Part shown: one piece after another, positions 38,601 through 53,600 of the stretch
How the letters are laid out: each line of letters begins with the position of its first letter
How positions within the stretch are numbered: position 1 is the stretch's first letter
Origin: Phoronis australis
Lineage: Eukaryota > Animalia > Phoronida
Assembly (NCBI GenBank): GCA_002633005.1
Contig: NMRA01000285.1
Span: 124,001 to 188,000 of the forward strand
Direction of reading: 5' to 3'
Length of the DNA stretch: 64,000 nt
Made by a program: the position numbers and the translations under genes
Notes under the pieces: generated by a model
Told to the model about the DNA's origin: nothing
What the model saw: the letters and a program-made list of their open reading frames with translations, nothing else
Database searches by the model: none

Positions 38601-41600
38601 ACCCCCTGCAACACGAGGTATCCTTTCATGAACCATGTGCTACATGAAGTTCATTGTGGAGCCTATGAGCACCAGTTGCGATTTGGCATTCTAGCAATTG
38701 CACGTCTGGCACCCATAAGACATTCTCAATATTATTGCGTAATGACAATTTCAGTTTCCCTGGATTTATCAAATAGAATTTGATTTGTGAATATTGCATG
38801 ACGCATATTTAACACATGTGACCATTTTAACAAAACAACCCTGGCAACTGTTTAACTGTTTTAGTGGTGAGATCAGAAATAACTGTCTGGCAATATGTTA
38901 ACCATCTACTGTCAAGTTGAGAGCATTTATTGTTGCTTTCTGATGTACAAGGAAAAGTAGCTAATCACCTGGCCCTTAACCACCACCTGAGCCTTTTAAT
39001 TCACGCTCAGGCTTGGGGCCGTTATAAACTTGAAAATGGAAATCAGTTTTGTGTTTATGTTTTGTGATGCGCCATGTACTATGTCATACATATTTGAGGC
39101 GTCGTATGGTATCAAGATGAGCCCTGTTTTATAGACACTGTGGTGACTGTGTTAATTATTCACTTAGTACACAATATGTCCGACAAATAAAAATCTACTT
39201 CGTCAAATTTCTCCACAAAAATAAGATTAGTCTCTTGCTAGCATTTTTATGCGCCCACATATTTATATGTGGACGTATTATTTTGTATTGTGGAGGTGTC
39301 ATAAAACAACTTTTGGTTAATTTTCCATTATTTAACCTTTGAAAAATAGAAAAATTACAATTTTGGCAATTTTTTTTCTGCACAGTAAGTGAAGCATTAT
39401 TGTACTTCGACATTGAAATGTTTTATGAGAAAGTTTATCTTGTGACTTTATCTTAATCTGATTGGCTGACGTTTTAGGATGATTTTATTGAGAAGCGTTG
39501 CGGAGAGGCACCACCTAGTGAGCACTTTGGTCATCGAGTGTTGGTCAAGTGTTTACAACTCAAGCTTGAGCTCGATGTGGAGCCTATCTTTGCCAGCATG
39601 GCGCTGTATGACGCCAAGGAGAAGAAAAAGGTACAAGTCACCAGGATGTTGTCCTGGCTGTTCATGTCATTGTTCTGTTCTGTTTTGAACAAACGTGAAC
39701 ATTATGCAAAGTGTCAAGTCATGTCTGTTACACATTGAGATTGTTGTTGATGGTCTGATAAATGTACTATCCTGACAGTCATGGTATCCATTGTATTTTT
39801 CTTTCTTGCCTTACTAGATTACCTTTCAGACTAATCAAATTGATTTAAAACCTCAGTCTTCAAACCCTGCTTTGGTGCCAAAAACAATATTCCTCGAAAA
39901 GTCACTGCATTCCTTTTATTTTAGTTGAAACTCATTACAAAACTGTATTGAATTCCTCTGATGACCATTTTTGTTTACTGAACACATTACCCTGTGTGTT
40001 TCAGATTTGTAATTGTTTACTGAACACGTTGTTATGTGTGTTTTAGATCTGCAGTTGTTGTTTACTGAACGCGTTCCCGAGTGTTTTAGATCCTAAAGTT
40101 GTTGTTTATCGAATGCGTTTTCGCCTGTGTTTCAGATTTGTACTTACTGAACACGTTACCCTCGTGTGTTTCAGATCTCAGAGAACTTCTACTTTGACCT
40201 GGTGACAGAAGACACCAAGAAGATGCTTGCCTCCCACATCCAGTACCAGGACATCTCGGCACTCAGTCGGTCAGCCATCTTTAGTATTACCTACCCCTCG
40301 TCAGATGTCTTCCTCGTTGTCAAGGTCAGGCATCCACCTACTGGAATGGTTTTATTGATGTTGAACTTCATAGATGTTCATCAGTGTAGGATGCAGTGAA
40401 GGATATTGTGCGGTGGAAAATCAGCGGTGTTAAAGTTTTGTTATAAGTGAACATTAACAATGAAAATTTCACTTGGTTGTGAACATTATCTGGGCTATCA
40501 CAGCAGCATTTGTTACAAGGTTATAGGCTTCAGTAGTCAAAGCTCATGTGAATTTTCACACAATTCTTTGTGTTGACTGCACATGGTGTAGACTGAAAGT
40601 TATCAAAGTATCAGGAATGCATACTGGATGGCTAGTACTGTTATGTCACAGAACCACTGAATGTGAAGTTGACATTTGACAAAATGACACTGAAAAATCA
40701 GCACAAAAACAACATTCTTGGAAGTTGTAATTTACGCTCCATTGCCAGTTGCCTTGTATATGCTTGGCCAGTTGCCTTGTATATGCTTGGCCAGTTGCCT
40801 TGTATATGCTTGGCCAGTTGCCTTGTATATGCTTGGCCNATTACCTTTCAGACTAATCAAATTGATTTAAAACCTCAGTCTTCAAACCCTGCTTTGGTGC
40901 CAAAAACAATATTCCTCGAAAAGTCACTGCATTCCTTTTATTTTAGTTGAAACTCATTACAAAACTGTATTGAATTCCTCTGATGACCATTTTTGTTTAC
41001 TGAACACATTACCCTGTGTGTTTCAGATCTGTAATTGTTTACTGAACACGTTGTTATGTGTGTTTTAGATCTGCAGTTGTTGTTTACTGAATGCGTTCCC
41101 GAGTGTTTTAGATCCTAAAGTTGTTGTTTATCGAATGCGTTTTCGCCTGTGTTTCAGATTTGTACTTACTGAACATGTTACCCCCGTGTGTTTCAGATCT
41201 CAGAGAACTTCTACTTTGACCTGGTGACAGAAGACACCAAGAAGATGCTTGCCTCCCACATCCAGTACCAGGACATCTCGGCACTCAGTCGGTCGGCCAT
41301 CTTTAGTATTACCTACCCCTCGTCAGATGTCTTCCTCGTTGTCAAGGTCAGGCGTCCACCTACTGGAATGGTTTTATTGATGTTGAACTTCATAGACGTT
41401 CATCAGTGTAGGATGCAGTGAAGGATATTGTGTATCAGCAATGTTAAAGTTTTGTTATAAGTGAACATTAACAATGAAAATTTCACTTGGTTGTGAACAT
41501 TATCTGGGCTATCACAGCAGCATTTGTTACAAGGTTATAGGTTTCAGTAGTCAAAGCTTATGTGAATTTTCACACAATTGTTTGTGTTGACTGCACGTGG

Positions 41601-44600
41601 TGTAGACTGAAAGTTATCAAAGTATCAGGAATGCATACTGGATGGCTAGTACTGTTATGTCACAGAACCACTGAATGTGAAGTTGACATTTGACAAAATG
41701 ACACTGAAAAATCAGCACAAATACAACATTCTTGGAAGTTGTAATTTACGCTCTATTGCCAGTTGCCTTGTATATGCTTGGCCAGTTGCCTTGTATATGC
41801 TTGGCCAGTTGCCTTGTATATGCTTGGCCAGTTGCCTTGTATATGCTTGGCCAGTTGCCTTGTATATGCTTGGCGTTTTTCAAAATGGATTTTATGTTCA
41901 ACTCATGGTTTCTCATTTACGCTTCAGCTTGAGAAAGTACTGCAGCAAGGTGATATCACTGAATGTGCTGAGCCTTATATGAAGGATGAAAAGGTAGGTT
42001 GTCGTGTCCCTGTGCCGCCACACTGGATGCACTCTATCAAGTCTAGTGGCATTCAAGCTCACTAATATCTGATGTTTCTTGATTTAAAGGTTCAAGGATA
42101 AGTGGATCATGGGAGACGTTTTCAGTAGACGCAAAAATGGAAATAGTTCTTGGTGGTTGATTGAATTCAGTGTTCCATACGCTCTTTGTGAAATATTGGT
42201 GTTATCAAATTCAGTGGCGACTTGTTTTGTCATTGATTTACCAACACTTGTTAGTGGTGAATTGTGGTGAACCTGTAAGATTAAGATTGAACATTGTTTG
42301 GAACATTGAGTGTTTCAGGCATGGGTTGGAACATTGAGTGTTTCAGGCATGGGTTGGAACATTGAGTGTTTCAGGCATTGGTTGGAACATTGAGTGTTTC
42401 AGGCATTGGTTGGAACATTGAGTGTTTCAGGCATGGGTTGAAACATTGAGTGTTTCAGGCATTGGTTGGAACATTGAGTGTTTCAAGCATTGGTTGGATG
42501 AAATGCTTGTACTAATTTGTTGAATTCATGTTAAACACATTCATGAAACACCTTGCTATAATACGTTGTGTTTGTGAAGTAATTCCGTATCAGAATTACT
42601 TTGTTTGGTGTTATATTTTTATGAAGACTAAGTCTAATCATTAATGTACCCCCACAGAGTGTGAATCGTGATAAAGTGAGGACCAACGCAGCCTACTTTT
42701 GTGAAAGGCTAGGGCAGTACCGTATGCCTTTTGCTTGGACGGCCATCTTCTTAATGAACATAGTCAGTGGCACTAACAGTCTGGACAGTAACGCAGGAAA
42801 TGAGACATCTGGTGCCAGTGGCAGTATTGGTAAGACTTTATGTTTCTTTTCAAAACAATTGTCGAAAAATACTCAGTGCTTCTGATGTTCATTTATAGGT
42901 CATCCGTGTAACTTGCCATTTCCGTTTTGCATATGTATAGGTATAGTTACAAGCACAGATGGATATGCCTGGAGTTTATTGAAAAAGAAGACATTACTCT
43001 GATATACCAAATGAGGCAATATGGGCTGATATGCAATGCGATATACTTTGAGAAAAAACTTCTGTGCCATAAAAAACAAAATCACACTTATCCCACGTGT
43101 GAATTGCAATCTGTAATTCTTCTGCAGATCGACGGTCCAGTTTTGTTGGGCAGTTTGACAGTTTTCGTAGAAAGGCAGGCCGGGAGCGTGATGACTCCCT
43201 GCAGAGGCGGGAGTCGTTAGAGCGTCAGAAGAGTGGAACTCTAGACAAGAGGACCAGCTGGTCCCCAGATGACAACACTAGTCTGGACAACTTCAGGTGG
43301 GTGTTGGTCGCCTGGTGAGAGCACTTCTAGTCAATAGGCTGGTCAGTACTCTGTCTAGTATTCAGTAACTTAACCAGCCTATTTAGCCAGCCGTACTGTT
43401 TCTGATGATTGTATAATTGGACAAGTCGCACTTAACCAATTGATTGAGCCTGAAACAATAACGTCTGTTTACTAAACCCTGAAATCCTTCCATTCTGACA
43501 AGGACACAAGTTAAGATAAATTATGTAATAGTCGATGGTCTAAATATTAAAAAGTTACTTTTTGACAGATGGCGGGCAACTCTATCTATCATGATTGCAC
43601 TGTGCTTTTGCAGACCAGTCACTTTAACGGTGTCCAGCTTCTTTAAGCAAGAGGCAGACAAACTGAGTGATGAAGACTTGTACAAATATCTGGCCGATCT
43701 AAAGCGACCAACGAACATCCTGAAGAAACTCAAGTGTATTCCAGGTACTAGACAGTTCTTAATGTGCCGTTACAATTTGTCCTTAGAATGTGTGCTGTTG
43801 AGGTCTCTTGTCATTACTTTTAATTTTCACTACGTGCCAGTCTTTTGTGCATGTTCATTTTGTCTTTTAGCCTATGTGTGAACATGACAGATCTCCTTTA
43901 AAATGTTCAATGCTTAACTCTCTTCAGAGAATGTATCTAATGTTTGATATAGTCTTACTGTTGGGACACAATGAAACCCTATTCTTCTTAGGTAAAGGTC
44001 CTTTGTAATTTCAAAATTTACTTGATTATTCTGCCCTGAAGACCAAAAAAACTAATTGTGTCAAAATGTTGTCCTGTTAGCAGTTAGTTGTCTATAAACT
44101 CCAGGAACCTCTGGTTACAAAAATGGCTCTTTGTTGCTTCTGAATTTTACAAACTACCTGTCTAACCCTGCCTGCAGGTACCCTTAAGCTGGACATATCA
44201 CCATGTCCTGAGGATCCCAAGTACTGCCTGAGCCCAGAGCTGTATAAGATTGACCCCTACCCTGATGACAAGGGCAGGCCCACCAAGGAGATTGTGGAGT
44301 TCCCACCACGTGATGTCTATGCACCTTACTCAAACTACAGGTAACTAGATCTTGATAATTTGCTACATATTGCAATATATTGTGATTCACCAATTCATTT
44401 CCCACTGTTGTTTTTGGATTGAAAAAGAGGATGTCTCACAAAAGTGTAATGCAGTTGAAAAAAGTGCACCTTAGGTTGCAACCCCCAAATCATGTTTTCA
44501 ATGTGCCGCTGTTGTGTAAAATTGCTTATAATAGTTATATGCCTTGGCTGATTTGGCCAAGTTCAAATTGCAAACTTTAAACAGAACGAAGTCAAGTTAG

Positions 44601-47600
44601 CAGCGTTGGATCTTCTCATTGAATCAATCAGTGAAATCAGTTTGGTTCTAGGTCTGATCTGTGGTTTGGTCCATGGTCTGATCTGTGGTTTGGTCCATGG
44701 TTTGATCTGTGGTGTGGTCCATAATTTGATCCATGGTTTAGTCCATGATATCTGTGGTTTGGTCCATGGTTTGATATGTGGTTTGGATGGTTTGGTCCCT
44801 GGCTTCATCATGTGCAATTTAATAAGAAATGCAAACATGTAGTATTGAAAAGCTAAGGAAGTTCTCGTTGCTTTGATGTTGATGTCGGTGGTGGTTAATG
44901 TTGTGATATTATCATCAAAGAAAAAATAAATGTTATGTACAAATAAACACAAGGTCCACCACCAGGTAGCTTTAAAGTACACAAATCCGCAGAATGATGC
45001 TAAACTGATCTCGGAAACTATCGTAGAACACAATGATTTTGTCTGCAGTGTGTGCAATAGAGACATTTTATAGTAATGATGGCATCTGATGTTGCAAATT
45101 TCAAGTATTGTCAATAGAAAAAAATTGTCACTTCTAACGGGCATTGTTAGGGAAGTCGGTTTAGTGTTTCTAAGGAGTATGCACTTTCCTGTTGTTGCTT
45201 GCATATTTCTTTTTGTTTTCAGAAACCTACTGTATGTTTATCCCAAGTCACTCAACTTTGCAAATCGTCAGGGACATGCAAGAAACATTGCAGTCAAAAT
45301 TGAGATATTGGCCGGCGAGAGTGAAAATGATGCGCTACCTGTAAGGAAGACTTTTATTCTGTTACTGCAGCAGTGTTCTCTGGATTTTGATCACAATTTT
45401 GTCAGTTTTTACAAATACTAAAAAAGAGTGTACTTGCAAGTAGCCTGTCATATTTTCTTTTGTGTAACTCTTCTATTTAAAGTTCAACTGGCATACATTT
45501 TTACATTTTTAGTTAAAACACTTCAGCTTGAACATGGAAGCCAGCCTTTTGCATTCTGCAGTGTATGTTACACTTAAGGTATTCACCAAATTTCCAAAAC
45601 CAGGCAAACTATTCACTCACTGAACTATGTTGGAGCCATGAGCAGAGTTGCAATAGGCAACGAACACTGGGCAATCTGTTGATGATGTCACACTCCTCTG
45701 TCCTTTTGTTTGAAGTTATGTGCTGTGTTAGAAGTGTTTTATTGAGTTTACTAGCACCAAGGTTGCATGTTTTTACTGACATTTTTTATTTTGTCTTCTT
45801 GGCATTTATCTTTTAATAATGTTATATTTTAAGAGATGTGTGGAATGAAATTTATAATTTTATAATTGCTCTTTTTATACAGGTGATATTTGGCAAGTCC
45901 AGTTGCCCCGAGTTCCAAAGTCATGCTTTTTCTACAATTACTTATCACAGCAAGTGAGTAAACCACAGTCAAAGTTTAATCTTGACCTGCCCAATAATTC
46001 ATTAGTCAAATTTTCTAAGCCTGGAAATCTGTTCCAGTTCTCTTAAAGAACCAATTAAGGAGATGTTTTAACATTGGATATTGCTGAGGACAGATGTTCT
46101 ATGCCGAAATGTGATCCTGCCATAGAAGATCAGTTGATTTTATTGCCCAACCATCTCTACTCTCATCCTTAATTTGGAATAATCTTGGTTTTGACAAATG
46201 TTAGCGTAAACAACTGCATGGCCTAGTCCATACACTGGTGTCCTACCCTGATTCTAGGTCACCAGACTTCTATGATGAGGTGAAGATGAAGCTGCCAGCC
46301 AAGATAGGCGACCAGTACCATCTGTTATTCACCTTTTACCACATCAGCTGTCAGAAGAAACAGGAAATCGCGGGACCTCTGGAGACGCCTATAGGTTACA
46401 CTGTGAGTCATTGCAGCTGTCAGAAATTGAAATTTCTGGCTACTGATATCACCTTCAGTTGACACTGCATTGGCAAAATTCTTATTTTAAATTTTTACTT
46501 AATTTCGGCTATAAGCTATGTATAAATTTTGGATTGACCAAGTTAGTTAAGGCTGAATAGGGTGCTTTTTTATCAAGGAAAATGAAATAGCATGGTAGTA
46601 ATTTTATATTGGAAGTTTTTTGTTGTTGTTATTTTTCATGTTGTTTAGATTGTAGGATTGATTAAATATTGGTCCTGTTACAGTGGCTCCCTTTGCTTAA
46701 AGATGGCCGCCTACTGGTGGGGGAGTTCAGCCTCCCCGTGTCTCTGGATCCGCCACCGTCTAGCTACTCCATGATCATGCCAGATGTCTTGGTAAGTTAG
46801 TCATCATTTCTTACGTCTCTGGTGTTTTTGTAGCTCCTCTTCAATGTTATGAAGTTAAAGTGATTGAGTCTAGAGTGAGATCCCATCTGTTAGCCCCATT
46901 TGATTCTGAGACTGGTGCCAGCTGGCGAGTCCAAAATACACGAAAAAAATGAACAGTAACGCCAATGATATGCCCACGAACTGCTATACAGTAACACGTG
47001 CACGTGTTAAGAGGCTTACGTAGAGCACTGTCTTTTAAATGTGCAAAATTGAATGTCAAATTGAGCATTTCAGCTTGTAGATATATATAGTCATGACACC
47101 TACTGTATTATGGCAAGGGTGTGCTATATTAGTGTAAATGTTGTCTTCAGGCTATCTAGTTGTATGGCATAGTTATGGATTAATTATTTTTATTACAGGT
47201 TCCTCTACCCGGTATGAAGTGGGTCGACAATCACAAGAATTTGTTCACGGTGTCTGTTGAAGCCATGTCTTCTATCCACACACAGGTGAGACAAGTGTTT
47301 GGTGGTCTTAGACAGACTTGCCATTCTTTAAAGACACGTACGAGTATAATTAAGTCAAATCAGAATCGTCTACTTCAGATGTGAAAAAATCAAAATTTAG
47401 TAACAGATGAGTCTTGCCACAAAAGTCATTCAGTGAACTCCATTCGGAGCCCACAATTAATGCAGAATTAAAAATTTTCTGTTAGTATTAGACAAGCGCT
47501 GTATTGGGAATTTTTGAAAGAGACACTTAGGGCATCTATTGATTTTGCACCCAAAAATTCACCTCGAAGTTGTTTTGGAAAATGTGGCTTTTTGAAACTC

Positions 47601-50600
47601 ACTGCCAAATCATAGTGGACATGAAATATTTGTCAGGTTTTTCCTACTAGTTATTTTTGAGATTGGCTCCTGTGTGAGAAGTCCCGCCACGCTGCTGTGT
47701 ACAACTTAGTGATGAACTGGAAATATTATAATTCATTTTAAAGATCACAAGTAGAGGAAGCAAACTTAAGATACCTTACTCACATTGTCCATATATGTGC
47801 CAATATAATTATGTACTCCGTGCCTGACATGCAAAACATTCCCAAAAGTAGTTCCATTATTTGCGCTTTTTTGAACCTAGTTGTGACTTTCAGTATAAAC
47901 TGTTTTCAAGAGCTTAATATGATTGAAATTATTGATTTTGTGCACTGTTCACTAAGTTTTGACCAATTCCGTTATCCAGAGTTGTTCGTCATATTGCATT
48001 TTGGCTGTGTTCTTGCAATGTTTCCACATAGTTGGGCTGTATGGGAAAGTACTATGTGGTAGTAGCTTGCATGTCCCTTCCTCACTACAGGATGAGTACC
48101 TGGACAGATTCCTGACTCTGTGTCACATGGCCGAGCAGCAGCAGATCCCTGCACGGATAGGCGAGGTCAACTTTGAGGGGCAGCTTAAGTCCAGCATCAC
48201 GAATGTGGCGCACGCGAGCCCGGAGCCTCTTGTGCGCTTCCTGACGCTGGTGCTGGACAAGTTGATCAGTTTGATGGTGCGTCCGCCGATACTCGGCGGA
48301 CAAGTGGGTGAGTGGGCAGGAAATACATAGTGTATCTTAGGTGTATGGTATATGATATGGAAATTACGTGCACTGTCTGTGTTTGTGATTCAAGGTGGAG
48401 TTAACAAAAGGCTAGGTGTAATGAGTAGTATTGCAAAATTCACATATGTAGTGCTAGTGAAACTACAAGTCTGCCTGGGAAATGTTGGCCCTCAGGGAGT
48501 CAATGTAAAACTCTTATAAGGCAAACGATCTTCATGTTGGTAAAAAAGAGCTTCCTGTTCTTCTGTTTTGGTTATAACAAGCGACCAGTACTTGGTGAAT
48601 ATTGAATCTCCTATGATACACCATGCGGTGATTCCTCTTCCATGTAGCCTAAAATGGATAAATCCTGTGAATACGTCTTACTATTGAATCACTGTGATCA
48701 CAATAACCAAGATAATGTGTTCGTTAAGATCTGGGGAGACATAAACTGGTAAGAATTGAGTACAAAATCATCATCAATGTGCATGTAACCTCAGTCTACA
48801 GTTTCTATGGTTACGTGAAACACAGCTGTAGTTGGCTGCTGTTTGACTAACTTGATATGAATGCATTTTAGGTTGTTTGGTGGATATCCTGTTTCAAATC
48901 TTCAATTTTCACTGTTGTATTGAATGTAGCTCAAAGTGACTCCACCCAGATTGCAAGCTCACTAGACAATCAAGTCTTCAAGTCATGTTTTAAATGAGGG
49001 AACCAATGGCTCAGAGTTTGTGGGATTCGTTTCTTAGGCTGCTCAAACTATGGTCAAACAATGGTATTTCCAACTGTGTTTTAGTGAACATGACTTAGAG
49101 TTTGTTCGACTCTATCTCCCAGATTGCCTGCATAATACATACTGCGGAAACTGACCACTCACACGCTACTGACTCTGGTCAAGCAGTGTAGTCTAACTGT
49201 TAACTCCTGTTTCAGTGAACATGGCCCAGAGTGTATTCGACTCCATCTCCCAGATCGCGCGTATGCTACAGACACTGTTGAAGCAACAGAATGACATCCA
49301 TGACCGCAGTCCTCTTTTGGTGCAATATGTTCAGTACTCCTGCACTCTGCCTTATCCTGAGAGTTCAAGTAAGTGGTGTATACAATGACTAACACAGACT
49401 GTTGTGGAGAGGAATATTGATGGCTTATATCGGCTGTATCTGAAGACTTGACTACTGGTTATTTAGTTTTTAATATCTTTAACTTTGTGTTGAAGTATAT
49501 GGTCACAATCGCAAATGCATGTATCCAAAGGATGTAACAATAAAGTGTCACCAATTCCGGACATACATTATCACCAAAATTGGTATTTTTCTTTTTTTCT
49601 ATCATTGTGGTGAGTGCCCATAATTTGTCAAAACATTGTCTGGTGGTAGAGGATTTAATTGTAGCTTGTTATATTTTATGAAAAATTAGAAAAAGATAAT
49701 TTGATTCACTTGTCGTTCATATGTTGTCCTAAACTGATGAAGTTTTACTGTATACTTACTTTTAATTGTATTTTAGCCCAGCAAAAGAAAATCACAGAGT
49801 TCCTTCAATTTGAGTCAATTCATCAGGAGATTCTGCTGTTACTCTCATAGTCGTTTTGTATTTCCTTTCAGTGCTTAAGTCACCTTCCGGTCCCCTCCCG
49901 GGTTACTCCACCCTTGGCCGACCCTCGTCACTTCAGATCAACCGGCCATATCACACTCGCAGCAGCAGTGACCCCGACATGCCGGGCAGTAACCCCACCT
50001 CGCCGCAACAGGAGCAAGTCCAAACTGCAGGTATGTCAAGTCATGATGGCATATTGTGCTCTGCAACTTGTGAGCTTGATGTTTTTATCAACACCTTTTA
50101 TTATATTCTGACTTAGTAAACACATTTTCACCATATTTAAACTGCAGTAGCACTGCATACCATAAGTGGGAATTCAAGTCTCTGAAGTTTGAAAAGAATA
50201 GTTTCATGATTGATTTTCGTGAAACCTTAGTGTGCTACAGAATGGTGGCATGCGATGGGTTGGACTTCTTGCCTTTGTCAGTGACAAACTGGTTGTCACC
50301 ACTTCACGGTGACTATTTATTTTATTTTGACACTAATTAGTGCCACAAGTAAACAGCTGATGGATTGCCAGTCTTTTATGAAAATGGTGTTCACAGTCAT
50401 CTTGATCACCTTTCCAACAAAATGTCTTTTATCACCATTACCTTCTCCTGAAGTAGATTTCCCACCTAAAACTGATAACTGTGTAAACACTCATTACATT
50501 TTTATTTAGAGTTTAGTACTTAACTGTCACGTAAATTGTTCTCCGCGTGGGTGAGTGGGATTTATAAGTTGAGAGAGCCTGTGGTTATGTTTCTTGCCAT

Positions 50601-53600
50601 TAGTTTAGTGTTGTCATTGTATGGCCACACTCGTCTGCATGTTTTGTTTTCCAAAATTCTAATGTTGGATAATTTCAATGTTTTTGCTTACCAAGAGGAA
50701 TATGACGAGTTTGATGAAACAGGTATCAGTTGCTTTCACGTTTGCGAATTGTTGCATTTTTGTGCACCCACATGTATATTTGTGGGCTCATGTTTCCGTA
50801 ATCTCTGTTCATGTGATTGTCCGGTGCCTTCCTTTCTGTCTGCCAAATTCCTTCAAGTACATTAATTGTGAATTTGTCTGATATATCATTGGTCTTGGAA
50901 TAAGAATTTCACCCAACAGGATGTGATTTCTGCTATCCAATTTCCCAAATGTTTATGAAACTGCATGGGTTTCTGAGAGGTGTCGACACTTTTGGATTTT
51001 GCTAATCCTACTCCCCCTCGTGGCAATATTTTAAAGGTGTTTTGCTGTCCAAAAATTTTGAAATATTTGCAAACCTTTTACGTCTGGTCAGTACGACACC
51101 TGTTGGACATGACATTTGACCTAATGAATACTAAAGGTCTGAAAATATCTCTTCCCCAACTGAGACTCGAACCCGTTCTCTGTCTCGGTCGGGGCAGAGC
51201 TCTTTTCAGACTTATATGCATTAGGTCACGTGATGGGGCCAACAGGTTGCATGCTGACCAGACTTATAGATATTTGCAATCTGTTTTCCCCCCAGTTTTA
51301 ATGATGTTAAAATTTTGTGTACCACTTGTAGCTTGTTTGTGATGCACGAGTGCGAGTATGTGTCAACTGTTTGTGTTGATCTTGTTTATGTTGCCTTACT
51401 CTGCAATGACATTTTGTTGTGTTCAGTCAGTGATGTAACACTACTAGGATAATATTTAAGGCAACTACTTTCTGTGAGTTTGGTGAAATCTAACGTTAGT
51501 TTTATGTTGTTTTTATATGGACACTTTAAGTTCTCTCCTTGGCTACGCAGCTTTGTGAATTTGAAAAAATGGCCATCTTTGCTTGAAAATGAACAAAGAC
51601 ATTGAGCATTTGTCGCATTTTTCTGTAGAATGATGTTATTGGATTACAGAAGTTGCAATAACCATTCACTTGTTATGAGTCACAGCAATTAACAGTAGTC
51701 CCTTGTAAAGTATATTTAGTTCATTTAATGTTCGCCAATTGTTCGCAACTGTCTGACTTACAGTTGACAAAGGGCACAGAACATTAGGGGGCAAAAGTCA
51801 AATTTGACCTATATTTATTTTCCTGATTTACCTCCTGGGATTCTCATAATAGCAGATATTTTGACAAAAAAGTTTTTGATATGATTGTTACAATGCTGTG
51901 TATGCATCCCCATATTTACTCTGTCTTTGTGTGGATTTCTATAACTGACATTGTATTACATGCTACCATTACAGGCAGTCGTATCAGTACTGTAGAGAGG
52001 CCCGTGTGTCCCCGTCAGCCAGCTGATATGGCAGGCTACTACCAGAAGGTGAAGAAGGTAAGTCACAGGGAATGGAATGCTATCTCTCCCTACCATTAGG
52101 TATAACAAACATAAAGATTTGTAAGTGGGAGTGACTTGTGTGTCAATTTTTCATTTGAACAAACAAAAGCCATGGACCACGATATCGCAGAGAAATGATT
52201 TTTTTAATTTGCCCAAATCATTGATATTCCTCTGCGGTCACAGAAAGCATGCCTGATTGGTTTGTCTTGCTCACATAATTACTGATAATGAAAGTGATAA
52301 CAAAATGACAAAGTGAAAGGGTTTTGATTACTTTTTCAGTTGTTTTTTAAAACTGTTTAAATTTGTTTATGGGGTAATACAAATGTGTTATTAGTCTGAG
52401 GCATAGTGGTTATTTCTGTATTCTGTAACCATGGCATCACAAAACTATGTACCGTCAGATATCAAGCGGAACAATTAAATGCATTGAGGGATAAGAGCAC
52501 TGAGATGTGTGGCAGTGTCTCCACAAATGTGAATCATTAAAAAATTTCACTCCCCTGTAAGTGTGCTGTGTTCTGTGAAGTTGACAACATGTAAAACTAT
52601 GTGAAATTCTGAAGATCATCTGTAGCAATACAGCAAGTCTCTGAAAATAATTGTGTTTGTTTTGGTTTACTAATTATTTAAAAATTTTTGTGTGAATTTT
52701 GAAACTTAAGATATTTATCTCTGAATTCAGATTGTGCTTTAAAAATACAGCAGTTTTACATGTGATTGTAAAAAGTGTTGAATTATTATTATTATAATAT
52801 ATTATGTTATAATACATTACATCATGTCATTATAACATGTGTTTTGCAGTTGGTACATGAGCAGATTGCCCTGCAGTGGGTGGTGTCCAGTGGATCAACA
52901 CGGGAGACAACTCTCACTAATGCATGGTTCTTCTTTGAACTTATGGTGAGTCACAACAGTTTCCCGTAATGTTTTAGTAGTGTCAGAAGTAAATAATGAA
53001 ACATCTCCCCCTCTTCCTCCCTCCCTCNTCTCTCCCTCCCTCCCTCCCTCCTTCTCTCCATCTCTCACACACATATTGTAAATGCCGTATAGACCACTGT
53101 GGTTACTTAAAACTGATTGATGGGATTGGTTGCAGATCAAAAGCATGGCAGATCACTTGGCCAGGACTGGCAAGTTCTTTGGTAGTCGTAAGGTACGCTT
53201 TCCACCTCACTATCTGGAGGATGTAACAGAACTGGTGGACAAGATCATCAGGGATATTGTGGAAAGATACCATAAGGTAGGGATGCACCTGGGGTTATTG
53301 AGTTATGGATGTCAAAGGTCATAGGATTTGTTTTACTGTGCCCCTTGTAAATTTTGCAAACGGTGGGTTGATTATTCCAGAAAGTAATGCTTTTTGTTTT
53401 GGCCAGTAGTGTCGGAATGTTATGTGACCTCAGTCCATTCAGATTATTTGATCATTTATGCTTGACACGTTATTTGATTATTGACATTTCACTTTAGAAG
53501 GGCAATTGAATATCATTTAGGTTACTTTATATATCATATTTACATTTTATGTAGTGAATTTTCACGATCAAATTCAACAAGTAGAAATATCCATTTCATT

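Noticed and set aside
44563-45204. 213-aa minus-strand ORF with KPWTKPQI repeats as a nested gene (cf. ANGPTL3 inside vertebrate DOCK7)
   Set aside because: Length is explained by a stop-free 24-bp minisatellite; no signal peptide, coiled coil or fibrinogen-like motif. I saw no nested gene in any DOCK intron.
53005-53065. N at 53028
   Set aside because: Gap or ambiguity inside a CCCT simple repeat with no flanking duplication; no biological meaning.
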